DNA of 32,286 nt, taken from positions 1-32,286 of the forward strand of contig JAKEEV010001071.1 in the NCBI GenBank assembly GCA_022616395.1, read 5' to 3'. Positions 1 through 10,938 of the stretch are shown here, in pieces. Below the pieces are notes generated by a model that worked only from the letters and a program-made list of their open reading frames with translations, searched no databases and was not told where the DNA came from. Each line of letters begins with the position of its first letter. Position 1 is the stretch's first letter. The position numbers were made by a program, and so were the translations under genes. The stretch comes from Planctomycetia bacterium. Its GTDB lineage: Bacteria; Planctomycetota; Planctomycetia; Gemmatales; Gemmataceae.

Positions 1-323
1 GCGCAGTGCATTTCCAACACTCCGTCGGCGAACGAGAGTTTCATCTCCGACTTGTCCTTCACGTTCTTGAGCCGAATCGTCTTGAGTGCTTCCTTCACCG
101 CGTCCTTGGCGAGTTGGTCCGTGCAGAGTTGCCGGAACGCCATGTTGATTCGGTGGAACGCCAGGTTGTCGAAGAAGTTCAGTCCTTGCAGGTCGTCCGC
201 GAAGCTGTTCCAGTCCACCTCGTAGGCGATGTCACTGCCGGTGATCTCGGCGAGTTCCTTTCGGCGACTGGGAACGATCGTGTCCTGATACTCCTTGATC
301 TTGCGCTTCTCTTCCAGACCCAT
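1..323 (-). CDS. Hypothetical protein, runs off the left edge of the window (MGLEEKRKIKEYQDTIVPSRRKELAEITGSDIAYEVDWNSFADD...)
   Basis: Not in the ORF track because no stop lies in the window. Manual translation from ATG at 323 stays open to base 1. Strong GAGGAG Shine-Dalgarno 6 nt upstream. Natural codon usage. Confidence 0.8.
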   Translation of the reverse strand, partial: MGLEEKRKIKEYQDTIVPSRRKELAEITGSDIAYEVDWNSFADDLQGLNFFDNLAFHRINMAFRQLCTDQLAKDAVKEALKTIRLKNVKDKSEMKLSFADGVLEMHC

Positions 324-362
324 GACAGGCTCCTCGGTATGTGGGTTCCGAGAAAAGGGTGA

Positions 363-400
363 TTCAACTACCAGCAGGCCCACTCCTGCCGGTAGCCGAA
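363..400 (-). promoter_or_regulatory. 16-bp RNA hairpin upstream of the 1..323 gene (terminator, attenuator or stabiliser)
   Basis: Minus strand TTCGGCTACCGGCAGG-AGTGGG-CCTGCTGGTAGTTGAA. The three non-Watson-Crick positions are G-U on the minus strand and A-C on the plus strand. Confidence 0.55.
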
Positions 401-485
401 GGCGAGCAACTTGTCAGGTAGATGCCACGAGGCGGGAAAAGCGCAACCTGAAACGCAAGAGTTGAAAGAAGAGCTACACAAGCGC

Positions 486-1082
486 TCAGAGCCATTCGCT
501 GAGGACGCCTGTGTCGAGGAGTTGTTTGCGGAGTCGATGGAGGCGAACGCGCAGGATGTCTGGATTCTGCCCGAGTAGCCGCGCGACCTCAGCTGTGGAC
601 CAGCCTTCCAGGCGCAGTTCCAGCAGTCGGCGGTCGTCGGCGTCCAGCCCTCGAACGACGCGCTCCGCGGCTTCCCGGAGTTGAGCCGCGCGCGCTGGGT
701 CAGTCTCGGTGCTATGAAGGGAGGTCAGGACATCGCTGAGGACATCGTCCGAGTTCGCGGACGCGGCTGTGGGTAACTGGCGACGATGATGACGCCACTT
801 CCGAGCGACTTTCCGCCGGACGATGGTCAGCGCCAGAGCGATGAGTTGAGCCGGGCTGGCCACGTTGAATTTATCCTGCCGAACTCCGAGCATCAAACTG
901 CGATGAACGGACTGAACCAGATCCACGGTGTCGAGATGTGGACGCAGAGCCGGACCAAGCAACACGCGAGCGGCGATCCTCACATCCGCCTCGTAGGTTC
1001 GCACCAGTCGGTCGAGCGCGTCGCGGTCGCCCGCTCGGGCGAGTTGGAGCAATTCGGGAAATGGAACTTCGGGCGATACCAT
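486..1082 (-). CDS. ECF RNA polymerase sigma-70 factor, kinase-associated planctomycete type
   Basis: Sigma2 region (ARAGDRDALDRLV...LDTVDLVQSV) and sigma4 HTH (LELRLEGWSTAEVARLLGQNPDILRVRLHRLR). Divergent from a Ser/Thr kinase gene. Confidence 0.9.
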   Translation of the reverse strand: MVSPEVPFPELLQLARAGDRDALDRLVRTYEADVRIAARVLLGPALRPHLDTVDLVQSVHRSLMLGVRQDKFNVASPAQLIALALTIVRRKVARKWRHHRRQLPTAASANSDDVLSDVLTSLHSTETDPARAAQLREAAERVVRGLDADDRRLLELRLEGWSTAEVARLLGQNPDILRVRLHRLRKQLLDTGVLSEWL

Positions 1083-1274
1083 GCGTTGATGCCCTGCCTG
1101 GTCAAACGTCAGTTGGATATTACTCTGAGTTCTCGTGTGTTTCTAGAGTTTCGCCAGAGGTGAATTTCCGGTTTCGTTCCTGTTCCGTCGCGGCATGGAC
1201 ATTCGCCAGAGTGCGCTGGGCTGTTGTGACACGGACACAGGGTCGGTAGACTCAGGCGCAAACGAGGGCATACG

Positions 1275-3857
1275 ATGGTCGGTCGTGCTTCAGTCGAAGT
1301 GCAACAACTCCAATCCCGGCTGCTGCTGGCTCGGGCCGAGTTGGAACGTCGGCTGGCTTCGGACAAGTTCGCGGGAGCCGAGGAGCTACGAGATACGTTC
1401 CCAGATGTGTGGAGCGACACGGACTCGGCTCTTGAACTTGCCTATGCCGAGTATGTCCTGCGCGCTGGTCGCGGGGAACAACCGGATCGCGATGCCTGGT
1501 ATCGCAGATTCCCCCAGTGGCGAGAGCGACTCGAACGGCTCTTCGCCATCTACGACCTCAGCGCGACCAGCGCGGATTCCACGGAAGCACCCGCGGAGAA
1601 AACCACTGAAGCGGGGTACGAACTGCTCGGTGAGATCGGTCGAGGAGGAATGGGTGTTGTCTACAAAGCGCGACAGTTGGCACTCAATCGAGTCGTTGCT
1701 CTGAAGATGCTTCGCGGAGGAATCCTGTTTCGGCCCGAAGACGCGGATCGCATTCGGCGAGAGGCCGAAGCAGTCGCCCGGCTCCAACATCCCAACATTG
1801 TCCAGGTCTTCGAGACCGGCGAACTGGATGGAGTTCCGTTCCTCAGTCTCGAATACGTCTCCGGTGGGAACCTCGAAGACGCTCTGGTGACCGCGCGACG
1901 AAAGGGAGCGAACTCCGTCACTCCACAGACCGCTGCGACACTGGTCGAAACTCTGGCTCGCGCGGTCGATCACGCCCACCGGCACGGGATCATCCACCGC
2001 GACCTCAAACCGGCCAACATTCTGTTGGTGCATAAATCCGAAATCCGAAATTTGAAATCCGAAATGGAAGCGAGCCTTGGTTCGGATTTCGGATTTGGTA
2101 TTTCGGATTTCCAACCGAAGATTGCCGACTTCGGTCTGGCGGCGGTCGCGGATGCACCAGTCGGTGCCACCCGGACAGGCACGATTGTCGGCACTCCGAG
2201 TTACATGGCACCAGAACAGGCGACAGGTTCCAGGTCCGCCATCGGTCGGGCGACCGATGTCTATGCGCTGGGCGGAATCTTGTACCGGATGCTTGCCGGT
2301 CGGCCTCCGTTTGAAGGAGGCACCGCGCTGGAGACACTGGCGCTTGTTCTGCACACGGAACCCGTTCGGCCGTCTCAGTTGCGACCAAACTTACCCCGCG
2401 ACCTGGAAACAATCTGCCTGAAGTGTTTGCGGAAAGAGCCAGAGAAGCGCTACGCCAGCGCGCTGGAACTGGCGGACGACCTCGCGAGGTTCCAGCGCGG
2501 CGAACCGGTTCGCGCGCGACCGGTTTCATCCTTCGAGCGTGGAGTGAAATGGACCAGGCGCAATCCAGTCGTGGCGATACTCACGGTTCTCGTTGCGGGA
2601 CTGGTGATCTCCGGAGCGGTGTTGCTCTGGATTCGATCCGAGGAACGGGGAGCTGCCAGCGAAACCGAGCGGCAGTTACTCCAGTCGAAATACGATGACG
2701 CGGAAGCCGCCCGAGTGACCGAACAGCGTCAACGGCTGGAACTGGAACGGGCGTTCGCGGCCGAGCGAGTCGCCCGCGCGCGCTCGCTGTGGAACGGGTA
2801 CGAACTCGCCGAAGCTCGGCGCGTGCTCGCGAGTGTCCCGGTCGAGTTGCGCGACGACACGTGGCAGGTTCTTCACCGTGAAATGATCGCCGAGATCAAG
2901 AGTTCGCCCATCCCACCGGTCGCGATTGGCCGCGTTGTGCCAAGTCCGGATGGCACCCGACTGGCTCTCCTCGACGACGGCAATGTCGTTGTGGTCATCG
3001 TCGATAGCCAGTCGCAGGTGCCGATCGCCCGAGTTGAACTTCCGGACTACGTCTACAAGCTCGCGTTCACCCGCGACAGCAAGCAATTCGTCTTCATGCC
3101 CAAAGTTCTGGACGAATACTACTTGAATCAGTTCAGGACGCGGTTCAAGCGCGACCCGACTTACCGGATTGGCACCTGGGACTGGTCCACGAACCGACTC
3201 GCGAGCGAATGCGACGTTGGACTGAACAACACATCGGTCCTGAGCGGGGATGGTCGACGGATCGCCACCCGCGTCGGACCCCGGATCACTGTTCGAGACA
3301 CGACAACCGGCAAAGTCGTTGGCGAGTTGGTCGAGCCAGGCACTCCGGGTCGGATCAGCAATCTCGAACTCGACCGCACGGGGAAGCGCCTCGCCGCGCT
3401 GCTTCACTACAAGCTCCGGATCTGGGACATCGCGACGGGCCAGGTTCTCGACACGATTACCTTAAAGAGCAACTCCTGGCATGGCTGTTTCAGCCCCGAT
3501 GGTGATCTCATTGTCTGGGTCATTGGGATTCGGAACCAGGATAGCCCCGCGAAGGAACTGGTGTATCACCTGACGGGGCGCGACCTCTCCGCGGGGAAAG
3601 ACCTCTTCCACATGAGTGTCCCGAACTTCGCCTTTCGGAGGCGTGTCGTGTTCAGCCCGAGTGGTCGGGTGTTCGCCTTCGAGGAGTCGACGACCATCCG
3701 CATCCACGAGTCGCGAACAGGTCGGCACCTGGTTACGCTTCGGGGCCACAACTCACAGGTCTGCGACGTTGCGTTTGCACCCGACGGGAAGCGGCTCTAC
3801 TCGGTTGGCGTCAATTTCGTCTTGAAGACATGGAACATTGGCCCGTGGACGAAATAG
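1275..3857 (+). CDS. Hanks-type Ser/Thr protein kinase with TM helix, coiled coil and C-terminal WD40-like beta-propeller
   Basis: IGRGGMGVVY, VALKM, HRDLKPANILL, DFGLA, GTPSYMAPEQ, DVYALG. Hydrophobic segment VVAILTVLVAGLVISGAVLLWI. WD40 signatures (FSPDG, LRGHNSQVCDVAFAPDGKRLYS..LKTWN). Confidence 0.95.
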   Translation: MVGRASVEVQQLQSRLLLARAELERRLASDKFAGAEELRDTFPDVWSDTDSALELAYAEYVLRAGRGEQPDRDAWYRRFPQWRERLERLFAIYDLSATSADSTEAPAEKTTEAGYELLGEIGRGGMGVVYKARQLALNRVVALKMLRGGILFRPEDADRIRREAEAVARLQHPNIVQVFETGELDGVPFLSLEYVSGGNLEDALVTARRKGANSVTPQTAATLVETLARAVDHAHRHGIIHRDLKPANILLVHKSEIRNLKSEMEASLGSDFGFGISDFQPKIADFGLAAVADAPVGATRTGTIVGTPSYMAPEQATGSRSAIGRATDVYALGGILYRMLAGRPPFEGGTALETLALVLHTEPVRPSQLRPNLPRDLETICLKCLRKEPEKRYASALELADDLARFQRGEPVRARPVSSFERGVKWTRRNPVVAILTVLVAGLVISGAVLLWIRSEERGAASETERQLLQSKYDDAEAARVTEQRQRLELERAFAAERVARARSLWNGYELAEARRVLASVPVELRDDTWQVLHREMIAEIKSSPIPPVAIGRVVPSPDGTRLALLDDGNVVVVIVDSQSQVPIARVELPDYVYKLAFTRDSKQFVFMPKVLDEYYLNQFRTRFKRDPTYRIGTWDWSTNRLASECDVGLNNTSVLSGDGRRIATRVGPRITVRDTTTGKVVGELVEPGTPGRISNLELDRTGKRLAALLHYKLRIWDIATGQVLDTITLKSNSWHGCFSPDGDLIVWVIGIRNQDSPAKELVYHLTGRDLSAGKDLFHMSVPNFAFRRRVVFSPSGRVFAFEESTTIRIHESRTGRHLVTLRGHNSQVCDVAFAPDGKRLYSVGVNFVLKTWNIGPWTK
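2034..2110. repeat. Palindromic AAATCCG heptamer-repeat element lying in frame inside the kinase gene
   Basis: Left arm AAATCCG AAATCCG AAATTTG AAATCCG AAAT. Right arm TTCGGATTTCGGATTTGGTATTTCGGATTT, an imperfect reverse complement of the left. AT-rich relative to its flanks. Confidence 0.9.
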
Positions 3858-3990
3858 TCATTCCCGTCTCGGTTACTTTCTTCTGAATTCCCGTTGCCAT
3901 CCTGGGACTTATCAACGCAACGGGCAGTGAAGGCATCCCAATCCCGCTCACGATCCTCGCCAGCCCGGGGATGGGGACGGCTCCGAAGGG

Positions 3991-6051
<2,061 letters not shown>

Positions 6052-6104
6052 TGGGGTTCACCGGGTTGAAGGTGTTCGGGAGACGGTTTCCCGCCTCCCC
6101 GAAA

Positions 6105-7400
6105 TCAGAAGACGTAGTTCTCCCAGCTCTTGATCCGCAGAATGATCTTGCGGACGATCGACAGGGCGTGGACTCGGTCGGTGTAAATGGCAATGCTCGC
6201 CTGGGCGCCGACAGGGAGATTCAGCCCGGAGATGTCCTCGTCGTAATCGAACACCACCGGGATGTATCCGGGCGCGTGTTCCGGCGTGGCGGTGGCGAGT
6301 TGCCCGCTGGCGTCCATTTCCCCCTCGCGAATGGCAGTCAGCACTCGTCGGACCTTCACCTTGAACGACCGTCCGGGGTACGCCTTGAAGACGGCCTCGC
6401 CCTCCAACCCGGGCTTGATGTCGGAAATCACCTTCTGGGGATAAGTCGCGACAAGCGTCGGCTGCTCGTTGACGACATACATCATCAGCGGCTTGAGCGG
6501 CAGAGGAACCGCCATCATGCCGGGGCGGAGCAGTTGCTGGGGGACGTAGCCATCGGTGGGAGCGCGGACTATCGTCTGGTCGAGATCCCAGCGGGCCTTC
6601 GCAAGCAGAGCCATGGTTTCGCGCACGTCCGGGTTCTCCCCTTCGATCTGAGTGTCGAACTCTCGACGGACCTGCCGCTCGGCGGCTTCCAAGCGGGCCA
6701 CCTCCTGCCGGGCACCCTCCAGGCTGGCGCTTCCGCGCCTGAGTTCCTCGGCAGCGTTTCGTTCCGCTGACTTCGCCTGAACGAACTCCGCATCAAGCGT
6801 CTGGAAGTGGGTCTCGGCTCGGTCGTACTCGACCCCACTGATCACCCCCGAACGCTTCCCGTCCTTGGCCCGGTCGAGCTGGACCTTTGCCAGCTTGAGC
6901 CGCTCCTCCACCTGGATGACGTTGCTCTTGGCTTGCTCGTGAGTTTCCCGGAGTTGCCGGTCGTTGACGGACTCCGACACGAGCAGGTCGGCTTGGGCCT
7001 TCTTGGTGGCCGCCTCGGCTGCAGCCAGTTGGTCGGCCAGTTTGGCGAAGTCGCGGTTCTTGACAGCCAGCGACGACCGGAGTCGCTCGACCTCGATCTT
7101 GAAGGGCTGCGGGTCGATCTTGAAGAGCACATCCCCCTTCTTGACTGGCTTGTTTGCTTCCACCGGAATCTCGATCACGGTCCCTCGCACCTGTGGGACG
7201 ATCTGAACGACCGGCGCGTACATCCTCCCGTCGTGGCTGACGGGGTGATAGACGGACAGGGAGATAAACAAGAGGCCGAGGATCACAACTCCGCCGAAGA
7301 TCGCGGTGCAGACCGTGTATGTGGTCACCGGAACCAGCTTGAACTTTTTGAACACCAGCCAGCACGCGAGGCCGTAGGTGCCAACGATTAGCTCAACCAT
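6105..7400 (-). CDS. HlyD-family membrane fusion protein (YiaV/YibH-like)
   Basis: N-terminal TM segments, lipoyl-like halves (IVPQVRGTVIEIPVEANKPVKKGDVLFKIDP ... IVRAPTDGYV), long coiled coil, C-terminus IRKIILRIKSWENYVF-type. Confidence 0.88.
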   Translation of the reverse strand: MVELIVGTYGLACWLVFKKFKLVPVTTYTVCTAIFGGVVILGLLFISLSVYHPVSHDGRMYAPVVQIVPQVRGTVIEIPVEANKPVKKGDVLFKIDPQPFKIEVERLRSSLAVKNRDFAKLADQLAAAEAATKKAQADLLVSESVNDRQLRETHEQAKSNVIQVEERLKLAKVQLDRAKDGKRSGVISGVEYDRAETHFQTLDAEFVQAKSAERNAAEELRRGSASLEGARQEVARLEAAERQVRREFDTQIEGENPDVRETMALLAKARWDLDQTIVRAPTDGYVPQQLLRPGMMAVPLPLKPLMMYVVNEQPTLVATYPQKVISDIKPGLEGEAVFKAYPGRSFKVKVRRVLTAIREGEMDASGQLATATPEHAPGYIPVVFDYDEDISGLNLPVGAQASIAIYTDRVHALSIVRKIILRIKSWENYVF

Positions 7401-7427
7401 GGGAAGCCCTCTGTATGGAAAAGTTGA

Positions 7428-7754
7428 TTACTTGCCGCTGCCTTCGAGTTTGCCGAGTCGCTCTTCGAGTACCGCGAGTCGGTGGGTCAAATCCCCGTTC
7501 GGTATCGGCTGAGGGGTCGACGCCGGGGGCAAGTGGGGTTGTTTCTTGTGAGAGACCGCCCAGGTGAAGACCAGCGGCCATATCGCGTGGAGAGTGAACA
7601 GGCTCAGCCAGCACGCGACGTGAATTGCCTCCTCGTGCGGATGCTCGCGCTCCTTGGCGATCTTGTGAGGCAAGTCGTGAATGTAAATGAAGGTGTAAAA
7701 CACCACGGTCAAGCTTAACAGCAAGAGGACAAGCGCAAGGTAGTCGAGAAACAT
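7428..7754 (-). CDS. DUF3302 (YiaW/YibI-like) small membrane protein
   Basis: MFLDYLALV...IHDLPHKIAKEREHPHEEAIHVACWLSLFTLHAIWP..WA. Directly upstream of the HlyD gene. Start moved to ATG 7754 (GGAGG SD). Confidence 0.88.
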   Translation of the reverse strand: MFLDYLALVLLLLSLTVVFYTFIYIHDLPHKIAKEREHPHEEAIHVACWLSLFTLHAIWPLVFTWAVSHKKQPHLPPASTPQPIPNGDLTHRLAVLEERLGKLEGSGK

Positions 7755-7789
7755 GAGTGGCCTCCGTGGAGTGCGTGAGAGTGATCGGT

Positions 7790-10558
7790 TCACCGTGTTG
7801 AAGGCGCTCCGGCAGCCGGGAGACGTTCGCTTGTGCTCGGCTCCGCGGCGAAATACGCCTTCTTACCATCTTCGAGTGCCCGCTGAGGGTTCATGGTCGC
7901 GAACAGATGCATCGCGCGCGCAACGATGCCGGTCCAACCGGTCTGGTGGCTGGCTCCGAGACCGGCTCCGTTGTCGCCGTGGAAGTATTCGTAGAAGAGA
8001 ACGAGGTCGCGCCAGTGTGGGTCTGTCTGGAACTTCTTCGTGCCTCCGTAAACCGGGCGGTGGCCGTCCTTGTCGCGCAGGAAGATGTTCGCCAGCCGCC
8101 GGCCGATCTCCTCAGCGACCTGGTAGAGGTTCATGCGCTGACCGGAGCCGGTGGGGCACTCCACGGTGAAGTCGGTGCCGTAGTAGCTGTAGTATTGCAA
8201 TAGCGCTCGGATGATGAGGCCGTTGACCGGCATCCAGATCGGCCCGCGCCAGTTCGAGTTTCCTCCAAACATCCCGGTATCGGACTCCGCGGGCAAGTAG
8301 CTGACTCGATACTCCCGACCGCCCACATGCATGACGAATGGATGCTTCTCGTGATAGCGCGACAGCGACCGGATGCCGAACTCACTGAAAAACTCATTCT
8401 CATCAAGCATCTTTTCAAGCACGCGGCGGAGTTTCGTTTCATCCAGGATGGAAGCGAGTCTGCGGCCGGAAACGCCGGTCTTCACCGGATCGTGGATCGC
8501 CGCGTGAATCTCGGGTTTGGACGTGAGGAACCAGAGTAACCGCTCCTCCATTTCTGGGTACTTCACCACCACTTGCCCGTCGAACACCGTGGCCGCGCAC
8601 AGTGGTAACAGCCCGACCATTGACCGGACTTTCAGCCGCTCGGCCCGACCATCGGGCAGGCGCAGCACGTCGTAGAAGAACCCATCCGCTTCGTCCCACA
8701 TGCCCGTCTCTCCGCCGAGTTGCGTCATGGACGAGGCGATCCACATGAAGTGTTCGGTGAACTTCAAGCACATGTCCGCGTAGTCCGGGTCGCTCGTCGC
8801 CAGTTCCGCGGCAATCTGGAGCATGTTCTGGCAAAAGAGTGCCATCCACGCGGTTCCGTCTGCTTGCTCCAAGTAGCCGCCTGTCGGCAGAGGAGAACTG
8901 CGGTCGAATACGCCGATGTTGTCGAGTCCCAGAAAGCCGCCCTCGAACACGTTTCGCCCGGTGCGGTCCTTGCGGTTCACCCACCAGGTGAAGTTCAGAA
9001 GCAACTTCTGGAAGCTGCTCTTGAGCCACTCCTTATCGCCTTCTCCTTTCTGCCCCTTCTCCAGGTAGTAGGTGAAGATCGTGGCCCAGGCGTGGACCGG
9101 CGGGTTCACGTCTCCGAAGTTCCACTCGTAGGCCGGAATTTGCCCGTTGGGGTGCATGTATCGTTCGCGGAGCATCAGTTTGAGTTGCTGTTTGCCGAAG
9201 TCCGGATCGACGAGTGTCAGCGCAATGACATGGAAGGCGAGATCCCACGCGGCATACCACGGATACTCCCACTTGTCCGGCATCGAGATGACATCGCCGT
9301 TGTACATGTGATGCCAGTTATCGTTGCGAGGCCCGGCTTTCCGTCCTGCCTTGAATGGGTCCGATCCGCGTTCCTCAAGCCACTTGTCAACGTCGTAGTG
9401 GTAGAACTGCTTCGTCCACATCATCCCCGCCAGAGCCTGACGCATCACGTTGGTGCCATCGGCACCGAGCGAAGCCGGGATGACACCCGCGAAGAACTCA
9501 TCTGCTTCCTGTTTTCGTGACTCGAAGACTTGATCGAACTGCGGACCGAATGGAGCTGTGCCTGGACCGTTCGATTGCGAGAGAGCGGAGGGTGCAATGT
9601 CCGAGAGCCTCAGTCGGATGACCTGGGACGCGCCGGGCTGGATGGTGATTCGGTAGTGGGCCGCGACCTTCGTTCCCGTTTTCTCCGGGTTGACTGCTCC
9701 TGTCTGATTGTGGACGACGAAGTTATTGATCCCGTCCTTGACGAACGGATTGCGATTCGGCACGCCGAAGATGCGCTGAGTGTTCGTCTCGTTCTCGGTG
9801 AACAAGAGCGGAGTATCTCCCTCGCAGTAAAGATAACGCTCTCCGAGAGCTGCGTGAACCGCCTTCACGATGCTTCTGGCCGGGGTCATGGCGACTTGCT
9901 GAAGTGTGGGGCGCTCATGCGCACCTTGCCAGGCCCACTCGTTGCGGAACCAGAGTGTCGGCAGGACATGGAGAGAAGCTCGTTCCGGTCCGCGATTGTG
10001 AATGGTGATCCGGACCAGCACATCCTCGGGTGAACCCTTCGCATACTCGACGAAGACATCGAAGTAACGATCCTGGTCAAACACGCCGGTATCGAGCAAC
10101 TCGTACTCGAACTCGTCGCGGCCCCGGCGCTTGCTGGTCTCGACGATGTGGGAGTACGGGTACTCCTCGTGTGGGTATTTGTAGAGGTACTTCATGTACG
10201 AGTGCGTCGGAGTCGAATCGAGGTAGAAGTAATACTCCTTCACGTCCTCGCCGTGGTTCCCTTCCGCGTTGGTCAGTCCGAACAGCCGTTCCTTGAGGAT
10301 GGGATCCTTTCCGTTCCACAGAGCAAGAGCAAAACACAGGTGCTGCTTGTCATCGGAGAAGCCAGCAAGCCCGTCCTCGCCCCAGCGGTAGGCGCGTGAA
10401 CGGGCTTGATCGTGGCTGAAGTAGTCCCAGGCGTTCCCGTTTTCGCTGTAATCTTCGCGGACGGTTCCCCACTGTCGTTCGCTGAGGTAAGGCCCCCACT
10501 TCTTCCAGGGGATTGACTGTTCGCGTCCCTCCTGGAGTCGGGTCTGTTCAGCGTTCAT
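7790..10558 (-). CDS. MGH1-like / GH63 glucosidase
   Basis: WKKWGPYLSERQWGTVREDYS, GNHGEDVKE, SMPDKWEYPWYAAWDLAFH, GGNSNWRGPIW, FYEYFHGDNGAGLGASHQTGWTG. Start set to MNAEQTRL, because the ORF-track extension overlaps the upstream small gene. Confidence 0.92.
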   Translation of the reverse strand: MNAEQTRLQEGREQSIPWKKWGPYLSERQWGTVREDYSENGNAWDYFSHDQARSRAYRWGEDGLAGFSDDKQHLCFALALWNGKDPILKERLFGLTNAEGNHGEDVKEYYFYLDSTPTHSYMKYLYKYPHEEYPYSHIVETSKRRGRDEFEYELLDTGVFDQDRYFDVFVEYAKGSPEDVLVRITIHNRGPERASLHVLPTLWFRNEWAWQGAHERPTLQQVAMTPARSIVKAVHAALGERYLYCEGDTPLLFTENETNTQRIFGVPNRNPFVKDGINNFVVHNQTGAVNPEKTGTKVAAHYRITIQPGASQVIRLRLSDIAPSALSQSNGPGTAPFGPQFDQVFESRKQEADEFFAGVIPASLGADGTNVMRQALAGMMWTKQFYHYDVDKWLEERGSDPFKAGRKAGPRNDNWHHMYNGDVISMPDKWEYPWYAAWDLAFHVIALTLVDPDFGKQQLKLMLRERYMHPNGQIPAYEWNFGDVNPPVHAWATIFTYYLEKGQKGEGDKEWLKSSFQKLLLNFTWWVNRKDRTGRNVFEGGFLGLDNIGVFDRSSPLPTGGYLEQADGTAWMALFCQNMLQIAAELATSDPDYADMCLKFTEHFMWIASSMTQLGGETGMWDEADGFFYDVLRLPDGRAERLKVRSMVGLLPLCAATVFDGQVVVKYPEMEERLLWFLTSKPEIHAAIHDPVKTGVSGRRLASILDETKLRRVLEKMLDENEFFSEFGIRSLSRYHEKHPFVMHVGGREYRVSYLPAESDTGMFGGNSNWRGPIWMPVNGLIIRALLQYYSYYGTDFTVECPTGSGQRMNLYQVAEEIGRRLANIFLRDKDGHRPVYGGTKKFQTDPHWRDLVLFYEYFHGDNGAGLGASHQTGWTGIVARAMHLFATMNPQRALEDGKKAYFAAEPSTSERLPAAGAPSTR

Positions 10559-10575
10559 CGAAGCACTCGTTTCGG

Positions 10576-10779
10576 TTAATTGGGCAAGCCGAGCATGTAC
10601 TTGTAATGCCCTGGGACTGGTTCCAGTTCCGTCTCCTCGGCGGGAAAGAACGGCTGGCGGTCGGCCCAGGGGTGATCGGTGGGTGGCAAGGTCCAGTAGT
10701 TCCCCTCGTGATCCCGGACAATCCACTGTCCGGTCGAGCGGTCCACATAGATCGCCACCTGCTTCCTTACCGTGAGCAT
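10576..10779 (-). CDS. Small (67 aa) Trp/Pro-rich hypothetical protein
   Basis: MLTVRKQVAIYVDRSTGQWIVRDHEGNYWTLPP...ELEPVPGHYKYMLGLPN. Strong GAGGAGGAG SD. Fits between its neighbours without overlap. Confidence 0.75.
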   Translation of the reverse strand: MLTVRKQVAIYVDRSTGQWIVRDHEGNYWTLPPTDHPWADRQPFFPAEETELEPVPGHYKYMLGLPN

Positions 10780-10838
10780 CACTTGCTCCTCCTCATGCAT
10801 GTTGAAGGTGCGAGTCCTATCCGGTCTAAAGTGGTTGG

Positions 10839-10908
10839 TTGGGTGGCCGGGGCATCGAAGACTCTGCCCCGGCCACCCAAAACTTGCCTCTGCCCCGGTC
10901 ACCCAACC
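10839..10908. repeat. REP-like inverted repeat plus a third half-copy
   Basis: TTGGGTGGCCGGGGCA-N10-TGCCCCGGCCACCCAA (perfect 16-bp arms), followed by TGCCCCGGTCACCCAACC. Confidence 0.85.
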
Positions 10909-10938
10909 TTTTCGACCTGTCGCGCTCCGAGGGCGGAA

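Noticed and set aside
1150-1211. TTCGCCAGAG direct repeat, 52 bp apart, in the ECF/kinase intergenic region
   Set aside because: Only two copies of a 10-mer and no counterpart in the second module; cannot be told from chance.
3890-3924. CCCGTTGC/GCAACGGG stem between the convergent kinase and glgX genes
   Set aside because: 8-bp stem with a 19-nt loop and no clear U-tract; too weak to call a terminator.
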